A DNA stretch of 64,000 bases, taken from positions 3,412,231-3,476,230 of the forward strand of contig CAVNZM010000009.1 in assembly GCA_963693365.1 (NCBI GenBank), written 5' to 3'. The DNA comes from Amoebidium appalachense. Its lineage: Eukaryota > Protista > Ichthyosporea. The translations under genes and the position numbers were made by a program. Positions 13,167-44,409 of the stretch are shown here, one piece after another. The notes beneath the pieces were generated by a model. It made no database searches, had not been told where the DNA came from, and saw only the letters and a list, made by a program, of their open reading frames with translations. The first letter of the stretch is position 1, and every line of letters starts with the position of its first letter.

Positions 13167-13538
13167 ATGTGGCCACCCTCAGAAGAAGAGCTTGTAAAGC
13201 TGTACGTCATGCTGTTTATAACATCAGCTGCTCAATCATGTTTGCTGTTGTTGGAAGGGTTTGTTACGGCTCTGGTAAATGCCGGCTATAACATGGCTTT
13301 ACAGAACTCTCAGGCCTTGGTTTCCATAGCTAGGGCCGCTTGGGTGTCTGAAGAGTTTGGTGGGACTGTGGTTTTTGACGGGTTTGAGGTTCCCACACGT
13401 TTTTTAATAATGAGCGCAATGCCGGCAGAAATCACTTTCCATCCTATACAGCATCTAAAAGACTGCTTTATGAAGGCTGCCGCCAAAAACAGCCAATCAA
13501 TGTTAAGCGCGCCAAAACTTTTAGCCAATCAGCGTTAA
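13167..13538 (+). CDS. Hypothetical 123-aa ORF between the two RT fragments (possible element ORF1)
   Basis: ATG-initiated, normal-complexity ORF upstream of the + strand RT. No recognisable motif. Confidence 0.3.
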   Translation: MWPPSEEELVKLYVMLFITSAAQSCLLLLEGFVTALVNAGYNMALQNSQALVSIARAAWVSEEFGGTVVFDGFEVPTRFLIMSAMPAEITFHPIQHLKDCFMKAAAKNSQSMLSAPKLLANQR

Positions 13539-13789
13539 CTGGCGACGAGCCCTGACGGGATGGAAATCGACACCTCATTTTATGGCCGACAGGCTCGTCG
13601 GGGTGGCGATGGGCGCGGCCAGGTCTAATCACACAGATCGTTGAACTGATACGAGGAATTTGACCGCATACCAACGGCCGACGAGCCCCCGGCGGTGAGC
13701 CGATCACACAGGTCCACTATTGAATAGTTCGAATCTGGCTGGTCCCTATGGCCACCCCCGACGCAGGGGTGCAAACCTTCCGCTCTTTA

Positions 13790-15030
13790 TCAGCCTCCCG
13801 CTACCCGTCCCGCAAAGCGTGTGGGCCGGACGGCATCCCTATGGCACTACTTATTGTAAGGTACTCATCCCACCCCACCCCGAGAAAGACGAAAAGCGTG
13901 GCCCGCCGCCACCCCCTTGCGTGTATTCTTAGCGAATTGTTTAGCTGGTAAGCTGATGTCGGTAAAGTGCCCTCGGAGTGGCTGGACACCCATCAAGAAA
14001 ACGGCTGCACGGGGTCCCATCAAGAAAACGGCTGCACGGGGTCCCATTCACGAATTTCGCCCTATCACACTTACGTCCGTCTTTCGCCCATTGTTTGAAA
14101 GTGGCCTTCTACAGGCCTTTTCTCGTAATCCCACCCTTAAGCAGGCTTCCCAGCTGAGCCCACTTCAAGCGGCGTTTCGGAATGGTCACTCATGTTAGGC
14201 TCAAATTCTCACACTACACAATGCAACCCAAGGTGATGATACCGAGCACCTCGTCTTTATCGACTTCAAGAATGCGTACGACACCGGTCGACCTCCCTTG
14301 CTTGTGGGCCAATTTGGCCACCTGTCACACCACCCGCGGTGTCCCATCCCAAATGGGTCGGCTACTGGAAGCTATGTTTACGTTTACGCGCGGACGGGCG
14401 GTGGTTAATGGGCGGCTGTCCCCGGGATTTACCCGCACGCGCAGGGTACTACAGGGGTCCCTGCTAAGCCACTTATTTTCAACCTGTATATTGACGATTT
14501 GGCTGACGCCCTTTCCGCGGCACAAATTGACGGGGGGTTGCCTTCCAAGGCCCCACCCGCCCTCTTTTCCGCCGACGATATTGTGCTTATGTCATCCGAT
14601 CCTATCGAATTAGGCTATGTGGTTGAACACTATCGAATTAGGCTTGTGGTTGAACACTGGTGCCAGCGTAATGATATGAAGGTTAACGTTATAAAGTGTG
14701 CCCTTTTATCAAAATCCATCCCAACCTGGGACGACGTCGACGTTTGTATTTTCGGCAGTCCTCTCCCTCACCCAATCGAATACAAGTAATTGGGGATTCC
14801 GGTGGACGAATGGGGCATATGTTTCAAACGGATGATCGACCGTCGGGTGGAGAGTGCAGGCAGGTGTCTTCGGTTATTTAGGGATGTGTATCTTGCATAG
14901 CTTGCCCCAGTCAGTTGCGTTGCATGTGGTGCTTCTGGTTTCCGATTGACCTCCAGACTGTAGTTGCTAACATGGAGGGTTGTATACACAGGCCCATAAA
15001 CCTACCCACCTCACCTTACGAACTACTATC
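13790..15030 (+). mobile_element. Decayed non-LTR reverse transcriptase (pseudogenised)
   Basis: Motifs in shifting frames: KACGPDGIP, FRPITLTSVFR..FE, LSPLQAAFR, FIDFKNAYD, VLQGSLLS, FSADDIVL, MKVNVIKC, EYK*LGIPVD. Contains stops, frameshifts and two ~27-bp tandem duplications (13988-14046, 14603-14657). Confidence 0.88.
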
Positions 15031-15031
15031 G

Positions 15032-15081
<50 letters not shown>

Positions 15082-15177
15082 GGGGGAGGGAGGGGGGGGG
15101 GGGGGGGGGGGTATGTTGGACACACAAACACATACACATCACATACGCATGAGCGTAGTAAGCAACACTGTGACAGA

Positions 15178-15259
<82 letters not shown>

Positions 15260-15693
15260 TGACACACACATTGGGGAACACATAGATCATTTCATTTAAT
15301 CCAATCTCCTTCTTCACGCTCCCTCTCTCCCTTCCTCCCTCTACTCCCTCCCCCCCATCTTCCCTCACCCCCCCTCCCCCCGCCCCTCCCTCCCCCCTTT
15401 TCTTCCTCCCCTCCCTACCCTTCCCCGCCCCCTCCCCCCCCCCCCCCCCCACCTCCCCGCCCCTTCCCCCCCCCCCCCTTCCCCCCTCCCTCCCCTCTCC
15501 CCCCTCCCCCTCCCCTCCGCTCCCCCCCCCCCCTCCCCCCCCCCCAACAAGACTCTCTCAAGGAATCGGAACAATAGTGCAGGCACAAGGGGCGAGCCCA
15601 AAATGCAGGGGCTGCATCGTTAAAAGGCCGGAAAACCCGATCTGCCCTTATCAAACGAAGAAGTACTACCCCCCCCCCCCCCCCCCCCCTCCC

Positions 15694-15752
<59 letters not shown>

Positions 15753-16376
15753 AACAACCACCACCACCACCACCAGGAGGGGGTGATGAGAGGCCATACG
15801 GGGAGTAAGTAGTAGGGTACCGTTTTTTTGCCGATACTTAGCCATTAAATTTACATGTTTGAATGAAGGGATGGAGAATCTCGTGTACTACTTAGCTTAG
15901 TGACTTGTGTCTGTGTCTGTGTATGTGTGTGTGCGTGCACGCAGATGTGCATGCGTGTTTGTACATGTGTGTGTGTGTCACGGTGTATGCGTGTGTGCGT
16001 GTTTGTGTGTGTCTGTGTCTGTGTGTCTGTGTATGTATATGTGAGTGTTTTTCCGGGGAGAAAGGGGTGGGGTGGGGGGTGCAGGGGTGGGGGTGGGGGT
16101 GGGGGGGGGGGGGGGGGGGGGCGGGGGGGTAAACTTCCGTTTATGACGTGATATGTGCCGTCGGCATTCCTCCGAGATCTTCTACAAATGAAAAAGAGGC
16201 TACACAAGTAACCGTTGCTAGATGGACGACCTGGGTGAGGTGTATATGCACGCGCATGCACATCGCAGTAGATAAAAAGAACGACACTGATATATATGGC
16301 GCAAACATGTAAGCTGTTTCAGTTGGCAGGTAACACAAGGTGCTGGATCAATAAACTTCTTCTGGAATCCTTCACA

Positions 16377-16435
<59 letters not shown>

Positions 16436-16561
16436 CCGTGGTGGTGGTGGTGGTGGTGGTGGTGGCGGTGGTGGTGGTTGGGGGACCTCGGGGGAGGAGG
16501 GAGGGGGGGGGGGGACGAGGGCAGAAAGCAGTAACAGCCACCGTCCCCAGCTCCTCCTTAC

Positions 16562-16601
<40 letters not shown>

Positions 16602-17473
16602 CACATACACACACACACACAGGCAGTGTTGTGATGCACACACACACTGTGTTACAGTCACACATGGACACGCGCAAGTGCCCGTGTACACACACACACA
16701 CACACACACGCATGCACACACACACACACACAAAAAAAAAAAAAGAAAGAAAAAGAAAGAAAGAAAAGTAACACACACACACATAAACACACACATTCGC
16801 AAGCACACACACTACACACGCACGCACGCACACACACACACATGCACACACACACACACAGAGACACAGCAGAAAAAAGAAAACAAAGCCCTAAATATTT
16901 GGGGGGAGGGGAAGGGAGAAGTGGAACGGAGGGCAGCAAGCAGCCACAGCCACATTGGCCTCTGGGACCCCCCAACACACACACACACACACACACACAC
17001 GCTCACAAAACAAATGATTAGTAACACATACGCACACACACCACACTCGTCTGTTTCCAAGAATAAATGAGGTGTGGGAGAAAACGGGGGAGGGGGGGGG
17101 GGGGGACAGAAGAGAGAGAGGGGGAGAGAGAGAGAGAGAGAGAAGGTTTCATCACAGAGGGCCGGTGCTCCAAGACTCTAGTGGTATGATATTTATAGAA
17201 ATATAATTTCTTTATTTTAGCAGCTTGCTGGGCCGACAGTACAACCATTACGTCCATTGCATTACGATTTTACTTAGTCATTAAAAACGAGAAACTCTCG
17301 AGCATGGCCGGTTTCTATCCATGCATTTCTATATATAGTGTAACTTAGCTTAGTATTTAGTATATATAATCGTACCGGTACCAGTGAAGACACACTGGCT
17401 CCAAATACGACTGCAAACGTTGTGCAACAATGCTATCCATCTCTATACTATTAACCTATCAGCTTCCTGCTGC

Positions 17474-20400
17474 TCATTGACTTGCCCCCACAGCACCACA
17501 CTTGGCCACGCCATTATCGCACACGCAGCTGCGGTCACCCTGCTGGAACTTATCGCCACTCTCCACCACGGTCGACGTCCCGGTGCGGCACATACCGTAG
17601 CCGGGCGGACGCTGAGGCACACATCCGCCAGTGCACAAGGGGATTCCGTTGTTGCAGAAACACGTCTTGCACTCACTAAAGATGAGGGCACCGCCGTTTT
17701 CGAATGTAATTCCGTTGACCGCGCACCCCGGGGCAGGTGCAGGTGCAGGTGCAGGCGTAGGGGCCGGGGTGGGTGCTGGTGTCGGGGCAGGGCTTGGGTT
17801 GGGTGGCGCGCACGAGCCAGACGCGCCGCACTTTGCCACCCCCTTGCTGCACGTGCACTGGCTGCAGCCATTGTCGGTCCTGACAGTAGCACCATCGGCA
17901 ATCACGGTGTTCGCGTCAATACGGCACTGGCCGTTGTTGGGTGGGGGCTGGGGCACACAGCCGCCAGTACAAAGCGACTGACCGTTGACACAAGTGCACG
18001 AGTAGCACTCACTGTAGACTACCTTCTCGCCGTTGTTGAGGCTTACACCATTCACAACGCAAGTACCCGGTGGGGGTGGGACAGGTGCAGGCGTGGGAGC
18101 AGGGGCGGGATTGGGTGTTGGTGCTGGGCTGGGGCTGGGTGGGGCACACGAGCCAGAGGGACCACATTTTGCCACACCGTTGCTGCACGTGCACTGGCTG
18201 CAACCGTTGTCGGTCTTCACTGTCTGGCCGTTGGGAATAACAGTGTTTGCATCAATGCGGCATTGGCCGTTGTTAGGTGGGGGTTGGGGCACACAGCCTC
18301 CGGTGCAGAGCACTCGGCCACTCACACAGGCGCACGACTTGCACTCACTGTACACGATGCGCTCACCGTCATTGATGCGCACACCATTGACGTCACACGA
18401 ACCCGGTGGTGGTGGGACCGGTGCAGGTGCCGGGTTGGGTGTTGGTGCGGGGCTTGGGCTGGGCGGGGCACACGAGCCAGACGGGCCGCACTTGGCAACC
18501 CCCTTGCTGCACGTGCACTGGCTGCAGCCGTTGTCGGTCTTGACAGTAGCACCATCGGCAATCACGGTGTTTGCGTCAATACGGCACTGGCCGTTGTTGG
18601 GTGGAGGCAGGGGAACACAACCTCCAGTACAGAACGACCTTCCGTTGACACAAGTGCAAGAATAGCACTCACTGTAGACTACCTTCTCGCCGTTGTTGAG
18701 ACTTACACCGTTGACAACGCAAGAGCCCGGGGGTGGGACAGGCGCCGGCGCAGGTGTGGGAGCGGGCTCCGGGTAGGGGCTGGGGGTGGGTGCAGGTGCC
18801 GGGTTGGATGTTGGTGCGGGGCTTGGGTTGGGTGGGGCACACGAGCCGGACGGGCCGCATTTTGCCACCCCCTTGCTGCATGTGCACTGGCTGCAGCCGT
18901 TGTCGGCTTTCACAGTTGCGCCATCAGCAATCACGGTGTTTGTGTCAATACGGCACTGGCCATTGTTTGGTGGCGGCTGGGGCACGCAGCCCCCAGTACA
19001 AAGAGACCGACCGTTAACACAAGTGCAAGAGTAGCACTCACTGTAGACTACCTTCTCACCATTGTTGAGGCTTACACCATTCACAACGCAAGTACCCGGT
19101 GGGGGTGGGACAGGTGCAGGCGTGGGAGCAGGGGCGGGATTGGGTGTTGGTGCTGGGCTGGGGCTGGGTGGGGCACACGAGCCAGAGGGACCACATTTTG
19201 CCACACCGTTGCTGCACGTGCACTGGCTGCAACCGTTGTCGGTCTTCACTGTCTGGCCGTTGGGAATAACAGTGTTTGCATCAATGCGGCATTGGCCGTT
19301 GTTAGGTGGGGGTTGGGGCACACAGCCTCCGGTGCAGAGCACTCGGCCACTCACACAGGCGCACGACTTGCACTCACTGTACACGATGCGCTCACCGTCA
19401 TTGATGCGCACACCATTGACGTCACACGAACCCGGTGGTGGTGGGACCGGTGCAGGTGCCGGGTTGGGTGTTGGTGCGGGGCTTGGGCTGGGCGGGGCAC
19501 ACGAGCCAGACGGGCCGCACTTGGCCACCCCCTTGCTGCACGTGCACTGGCTGCAGCCGTTGTTTGTTCTGATGGTAGCACCATCGGCGATCACGGTGTT
19601 TGCATCAATACGGCACTGGCCGTTGTTGGGTGGGGGCAGGGGCACACAGCCACCGGTGCACAGCGACCGCCCATTGATACAGGCACACGAGTAGCACTCA
19701 CTGAAGACCACACTCTCACCGTTAGCAAGCATAATACCGTTCACGTCACAAGAGTTGGGTGGAGCAGGGACCGGAGTTGGGGCCGGGGCCGGAGTTGGTG
19801 CCGGGGTGGGGTTGGGGAGAGCACAAGACCCTGAAGGCCCACATGTGGCTACACCGTTCTGACACTTGCAAAGCGTGCATCCATTGTCGGTCTTAATCGA
19901 TTGCCCGTTGGAGATGACGGTGTTCTGGTCGATGCGGCATTGACCATTGTTAGGGGCGGGTTGGGGGACGCACCCACCCGTGCACAGTGGCCTTCCCCTG
20001 ACACATGCGCACGAATAGCATTCGTTGAAAACTATCTTGGAGCCCTCGGGAACCGTGACCCCTTGGACGGTGCAAGTATTCGGGTTGGGATCGGGTTTGG
20101 GCGTGGGCGTGGGTGCAGGTGGCTGGGTCGTCTTATTGCACGAAATCGGACAGAGCAGTCTGCCGTTGTTGCACCGACATTTGCAGCCACCAGCAATACG
20201 CACCAGACTGCCGCTTCGAACACTTCTACCGTTTGAAAGCTTGCATGGGGCCGGGAAGGGGTTGGGGTTTGGCGCGGGCGACGGGGCCGGAGGGAGCACA
20301 CAGCCTCCGTTTACCACGTTGTAACCTTTGGGGCACGAGATGGGCGCTTCGTTGTAATCTGTACACGGGATGGCAAAACCGGATTAGAGCATTCCTCCAA

Positions 20401-20726
20401 CCACAGCACAAGCATTAAGATAAGGATATTAACAGCTCAGAATCTCACACCATTTGTGACTTTGCAGGTTTTTTTAGCCTCTGAAAAAATACTTAAAAGC
20501 CTTTGAAAAAAACTAAAAAGAGAACTATGTCATGCCATCGAAATGTTTGGCAAAAGGGCACAAGCAAGGGAAACGTTGGTCGCATTTTTGGCGGCACTCT
20601 GAGAAACTACGGTCAACGGCAACCAGAGGAAATCTTCTGCACCAACGCAAACGTACCTTGGGTGGTTGCTGCTAGGGTGTCCGTTGCAGCGAGCAGCACC
20701 GCCCAAAGGAGCGTTTTCAACGTCAT
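17474..20726 (-). CDS. Secreted Cys/Pro-rich protein with about 17 tandem VWC/pacifastin-like modules
   Basis: Exons 20726-20657 (MTLKTLLWAVLLAATDTLA signal peptide; alternative in-frame ATG at 20744), 20480-20451 and 20358-17474. Eight pairs of modules of the type C-x17-C-x2-C-x-C-x2-G-x3-CT-x2-C plus one N-terminal module, with PAPTP linkers. Confidence 0.88.
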
Positions 20727-22067
20727 TCTTGTGCTCAAGCGCATGCCGCGTACAGTATCCTTGAACACTGTGTGTGTTGGTTTTTATACTCGAACGTTTG
20801 GACTGAGCCTTGTAAAGTTTGTGCTGCACAGGTGACAGGACCGTGACTCGCAGAGGGTAAGCCCCACAGGGCTGCAAATTCCTGTTGAGTGGTATGTGGT
20901 CCGTAGGTGTTGCGTCGGGGCTCAGACACCGCGAGTCGGACTGCAAACATGCCTCACGCCGAGTCTAACTTACACAATACATTCATTGGTTTCATTGAGA
21001 AATAATTATAGATCTACTCAAAGGAAACTTAAACTATTGCCTTCGAGTTCAAGAACTCCCATTCTGCAAGCTTTCCTGCAAGAAGACGCACGGGATAACC
21101 AGACCTTTTTAGTATTTCAACCCCTGGTGGAGGCATGGAAAAAATGTACACGAATGAGAGGCAACTGCAAGTGAGTTATTCGTGCTAAACGATTGGGCGT
21201 TGGCACTGCAAGAGGATTGGTTGCAAAGCGAAACTAATTCTGATTGGTAGTATGCGCATCACAGAGAACTTCTGAAAAAGAATGACCCGAAATGTGGCTG
21301 TCACTGCTCATGCCTATCAAACACGGCTATCAAACACACAACCAGAAGCATACATATTCCTACAGAGGGATCTGCCTAGTATTTCTTATAATAGCTCTAT
21401 TTTACTTGAAATTGGTTGAATACTACTTTTTTCCTGCACTTCTCATTCCACCAATACATGTGCAACCTGCTACGTATACTCGCGCTATATAGCTAGATCG
21501 ATATCGAGTACAAAAACGTCTCGGGGGAACGGGCGATGGTGTCATATGCTCATATGTCCATTTCTAATGACAACACTGACACGGGTATTTAGAGAATACA
21601 AGGTATTTTGTCGCTGTGTAGTGCCTAAAAATACACATCCAGCGTTTGACGTAGGTAATTATAGACATACCTGCGAACACACATGACAATGCAGTGCAGC
21701 CTCGGCGGCATCAATCATTCCGCAGCGCGTTTCCGGCTTCAGATGAGCCAGATCTGTGATGTTTTGGGCCCTTCTGATTGGCTCATTGTCTAACATTCTC
21801 ACGGGACACTGGCTGCATGACGCAGGGATCAAAAACACACTGTGCACGAGAAATCAAAACCCCACTGATATGAATTATATTTTGATATATGTAAGCATGT
21901 ATACGTAGAGAAAAGAAGCCCCTTGCAACTTGGTTCAAACCTATCAGATGTCATCTAAATATCTTATTCCCCTGGACCCCTGCGTTCACTTCGAAGTTCA
22001 GTGACAGCTGTTGACACGCACAAGCTGAGCAGCATAGGGCCAGACGTGACACATTGCCTGGTGACAC

Positions 22068-22627
22068 CCCAGGTGTATGTATGACGTTTAACGTCATACA
22101 CACTTTTCGGTGACCGTATCAGTTTCCAAACGACGGCATGCTATGTCTACGTATATGAAGAAGAAAAGTTAGAAATGGTAGTTAACAACACGCTACATAA
22201 CTTTTTTATGGGTGTCTATGTCTATTTTACAAAGGTTTTATATGATCGTCCCGAGAGAGGTCGCGCTTTTAAAGACGTCATACAAAAACGTCATACAACT
22301 CCGGCCAATTGATCTAAAAATAGCGCAACAGATGACGGACCGCTGCGGCAGATGGATCCATGTCATTTCTAATAGTAAATCGAGATTGAACATAGCATGA
22401 CGTCGACCTCGCCGAAAATGTGCTTTTCACACACAAGAATTATACGTCTAAATAGAGATATATGTTTCCTAGCCTTAGACAAATTTTGAGCTCCTTGCCA
22501 TCTTTTGTGTGTTTTTTGACTGTTTCCCTGAACCCACTTTTTTTGTATGACGTTTTTTGTCACACACGTCTAATTGACCCGATACAAAGTGTATGACAAA
22601 AAACGTCCGCATACAAATGTCACTGGG
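22068..22627. mobile_element. Degenerate MITE-like element with subterminal ACGTCATACA motifs
   Basis: Imperfect inverted termini CCCAG..GTATG..GACGTT..GTCATACAC / GTGTATGAC..AACGTC..CATAC..CTGGG, with internal ACGTCATACAAAAA / TTTTTGTATGACGT copies. Confidence 0.45.
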
Positions 22628-23438
22628 TATATGCATTGCCAACGGTTACCCCGGACACTGAATCTAGATCTAGAAGTCCCCGTCTCGGACGCAGCTTTAG
22701 GGGATCATACGTATACTGATTCTAACTTCAGCAGTCGCCTTGTGCTCATTTAGCAGGAGGACGGTGAATGTGATACGGGTATCGTATGACCCTTTTCGTG
22801 TTAAACCCTTCCCCTCCCCCCTCCCCCCCCCCCCTCCCCCCCCCTCCCTCCCCCCCCCCCGGATCCGAGGTGTGTGTGTGTGTACGTGTGCCCCCCCCCC
22901 CCCCCCCCCCCCCCACACACACACACAGACACACATACACACATACAGAAGGATGTACCATCGGGCTACGGAGGAGGGGTATAGATAGGGGGAATATTAT
23001 CACTCTGTGGGAGCGGATCACTGGTCCAACTAATAGTACCAGAGGTGAGGAAGGGAGGGAGGGAGGGTCCGGAACTTGAGGGAGGGAGCCCGGGGAGGGA
23101 GGGAAAGAGCCTTGGGAGGGAAGGAGGGTGAGGGGCGGTGGGTGAGGGGGGGGGGGGGGGGGTGGGGGGTGGGGGGGGGGGGGGGGCAAGAGGAAGGAAG
23201 GGGGAGGGGAATGGCACATGTTTACGGGGGTTCCTTATAATAATTACGCTCAAGGCAGTTGGTGTTATAATACCACATGCTCGCATGTGTTGTCGACATG
23301 CCCGCGTGCATGTATAATACACATGCACACAGTCACACAAACGAATGTGTGCGCATTGATGTGCTACGGGTGTGTACATTTGGGACAGCCTGTCGGTCAT
23401 GCGTTCATGTGTGCACACATGCCATTGTTTATTATGAA

Positions 23439-23477
<39 letters not shown>

Positions 23478-23562
23478 CGTGTGTGTGTGTGTGTGTGTGA
23501 CTGTGTGTGTGTATGTATGTGTGTGTGTGTGTGTGTGTGTGAGCTGTGTGTGTGTGTGTGTG

Positions 23563-23614
<52 letters not shown>

Positions 23615-23620
23615 ACTGTA

Positions 23621-23653
<33 letters not shown>

Positions 23654-24288
23654 ATGCGTGTGTGTTTGTGTTTGTGTGTCTGTGAGCCTGTGTATCATCT
23701 TGCGCACTTGTTGCACATGCACGTGCTCATGCGTGAGTGTGGAGAGTAACTTCTTTGAGACGTGGGTGCTTGAAGTTGATTCGTGTGCTTGTTTTCTGTT
23801 AGGACGGGATTTGGCCTCTGGCCCTGGTTTCATGAAGGTTTAATAACCGTACGCGTGCAAAACAGCAACCCGCCATTGCTGAGTGACCCGATTTTGCCTA
23901 TTTATCTTCATCATACACAAACTTTAATTAATGATAAATAACTTAACCTTTGCATTACACCATACGATGTGTTCTTGCTAATCTAACAGTAAACATTCAC
24001 AGGAAAAATCAACTAAAGTATCACGGTCGTCTGCTTTTATTCCTTGTTAAGCTCAAATAGTAAAAAGGGGAGTGAGGGTTTTGTTGATTGTATTAGATTT
24101 GCTGCCAGGGTTCTTGCACTATTCAATTTGGAAAACGGATGGCTTGCTCAATCATGCAAAACAATACAAAAAAATAGGAATGTATGTTGCTAATAATCAG
24201 TCATATAGTAGCGCACAAAACAAATTGAGGGAGGGAAAGAGGCAGAGCGGTGTACATGTGCGTGCAAGGGTGGTTGCCCCCGCGCGCC

Positions 24289-24399
<111 letters not shown>

Positions 24400-24599
24400 G
24401 GCGTGCGCGCGTCCGTGTGTGACGATGTGTGCTTGTTGTGTTTGTGTGTGTCTGTGCATGCACCCACCTGCATGTCATGCCCCCCCCCCCCCCCCCCCCC
24501 CTCCCCCTTCCCTCCATCCCCCCCCCCCCCCCCCCCCCTCCCCCCCCTCCCCCCTCCCCCCCACCCGGAAAAAAAAAAAAAAAAAAAGAGGAAGAAATT

Positions 24600-24692
24600 T
24601 TTATGGCAATTATCCAATGAACACGATAAAACAAAAAGTGTCTCATGACTCACAGGTTCATACCATATTCCTTCTTGTGATATTCATACGTC
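24600..24692 (-). repeat. Diverged local duplicate of the J-domain exon end and 3' flank (24800-24893)
   Basis: TTATGGCAAT..AAAAAGTGTC..ACTCACAGGTTCAT..CCATATTCCTTCTTG occurs twice, about 200 bp apart. Confidence 0.8.
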
Positions 24693-24733
<41 letters not shown>

Positions 24734-24847
24734 ACCACAAAAAAGCAAAAAAACAAAACAAAAACAAACAAACAAACAAACAAAAAAAAAATTGTGTGAT
24801 TATGGCAATCATCCAAGGAACACGGCAGGTAAAAAGTGTCCCCTCAC

Positions 24848-42741
<17,894 letters not shown>

Positions 42742-42899
42742 CGGCACGTGAAAGATGAAAAGTGTGGTGGTGAGCTGCCTTGCAGAAGGCTAAGAATAAA
42801 AAGGAAATCAGGTATAGTGGCATAAAATTAAGTGGAAAAAGTGAAAAGATAGCAAAGAAGGGAACAAGTGCTATAACACAAGCCTCATCATGCCTCGTC

Positions 42900-43400
42900 G
42901 ACCCATGTTTTTTCGGTGAACTTCACGTGTTTGTTTCTTTTGCATGAGCTCCCGAGATGGTATGTTACGTAAGGGGACACTTACCAAAAAAAGCTAAATC
43001 GCAAAATTGCCTCGTAGGTGATTGGTCCAGCTTTCAAATTTTGGCGCGCACGGTGCACACAAACGTTCTGAGCCTGTTCCGATTGATGACGTCACCGGTC
43101 TGCCTGTACGATGATATGGTTATGCCATCTATTACTAATGCGGTGGTGGCTAAAAAATACAAACGGCCAAACTTTTTACGTAAAAAAACCATTATTTCTA
43201 ATAAGTAAGTCCTTGCGGCTTAGATATAAAGTGGAATTAGGCTGGTGTGGTGTTTCCTGTGCCAGAGGGTGGGGTTACTGGGGTAGCCCAGGTTACCCAA
43301 ACATACTTACACTGTAGACTAGTGTAATGATTGAAAAGTCGGGCTGCGGCGTGTTTTTTCTGTTTCACGTTAGTGGCACGCAGGCACACTGTTAGGTTTA
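42900..43400. promoter_or_regulatory. Probable bidirectional promoter (ZNF106-like / THAP)
   Basis: Repeat-free ~660-bp gap between divergent starts, with CACGTG (42924), GATTGG (43020), TTTGGCGCGC (43040) and TGACGTCA (43087). Confidence 0.5.
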
Positions 43401-43404
43401 ACAA

Positions 43405-44340
43405 ATGGGCAGAACATGTGCCGTGTCCGGGTGCTTCACAAACTATAAAGGGCGGCATCCAATAGGCTCATGTTTTCAGTTTCCAAACAAGGAGAAAGAG
43501 CCGGAGCGATACGATGCTTGGGTCAAGTTTTGTAGGCGAGAGGAGTCCTTCAGTACAGAGCACGTAGGCATATGCGCTGATCACTTTCTTCCCGAGCAAA
43601 TTGAAACTGGTTTTGAATACACAGATCCAAAGACTGGCATTACAAGGTTCATTCGCTTCATCAGAAATAAAGGTGTGAAAAACGGTGAGAATCCTTGTAT
43701 TATTAAGCATTTGGGTGTTTTCCCTGAGAGCAAGCCGGCCCAGGAGACCGCAAACACACAGCCAGCACAGCCAGCGCAGCATCCACAAGCAACGCCGAGT
43801 GATGAAGACTACACAGACGACGACAGTTATTATTCTGGTTCTGATTTCGAAGAAAGTCCAGAAGAGAGAGCCAAGCAAATAAAACTCCAGGAAGAAACGG
43901 ACAGAGTCTTCCAAGAGGAGCAAGACACGATACATTCGCTTGGCGAGCTTACGGAAAATTTCTCAATCCGTGCCAAAGCAGTAGAGGGCCTAAGTGCTTG
44001 GCAAGTCACCGCTCAATCCTGGGAAGCATTTCAACTCGGCCTAGTTAGCACATTAGCCCCCTGTACTCCACAAGCAATACCTTTTCCCTTTTTTGAAGCA
44101 GTTGTAAATGTTGGTCCGGATTTAGTCGCGACAACCCATCTACACACCCCCATATTGTTCACTGGCAGTGGTGGTGCCTCATCTTTCCCGGGGTCATATA
44201 ATGTCATTGTTTATTCGCTGGAACCAGAAACTCTCACCCGGTGGTCGAAGCTGTTTCTTCTGTTACAGAGGTGTAGTGACCGTGTGAACGAGGCACGAAG
44301 GCTTGGACTTGCAGGCGAAAACAACGGCCGAGATACCTAA
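43405..44340 (+). CDS. THAP (C2CH zinc-finger) domain protein, intronless, 311 aa
   Basis: N-terminal MGRTCAVSGC..FQFP..W..FCRR..ICADHF..P matches the THAP signature. It is followed by an acidic stretch and a short predicted coiled coil. No transposase catalytic region is evident. Confidence 0.85.
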   Translation: MGRTCAVSGCFTNYKGRHPIGSCFQFPNKEKEPERYDAWVKFCRREESFSTEHVGICADHFLPEQIETGFEYTDPKTGITRFIRFIRNKGVKNGENPCIIKHLGVFPESKPAQETANTQPAQPAQHPQATPSDEDYTDDDSYYSGSDFEESPEERAKQIKLQEETDRVFQEEQDTIHSLGELTENFSIRAKAVEGLSAWQVTAQSWEAFQLGLVSTLAPCTPQAIPFPFFEAVVNVGPDLVATTHLHTPILFTGSGGASSFPGSYNVIVYSLEPETLTRWSKLFLLLQRCSDRVNEARRLGLAGENNGRDT

Positions 44341-44409
44341 TCGTATGTTGGTTTTATTAACTGGTGTGCCAGCCACGGAACTGACACTTCAACCGAAACA
44401 TTGGGGAGA

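Noticed and set aside
17384-19834. 816-aa antisense ORF
   Set aside because: Shadow of the repetitive, GC-rich Cys/Pro gene on the opposite strand. No independent motifs.
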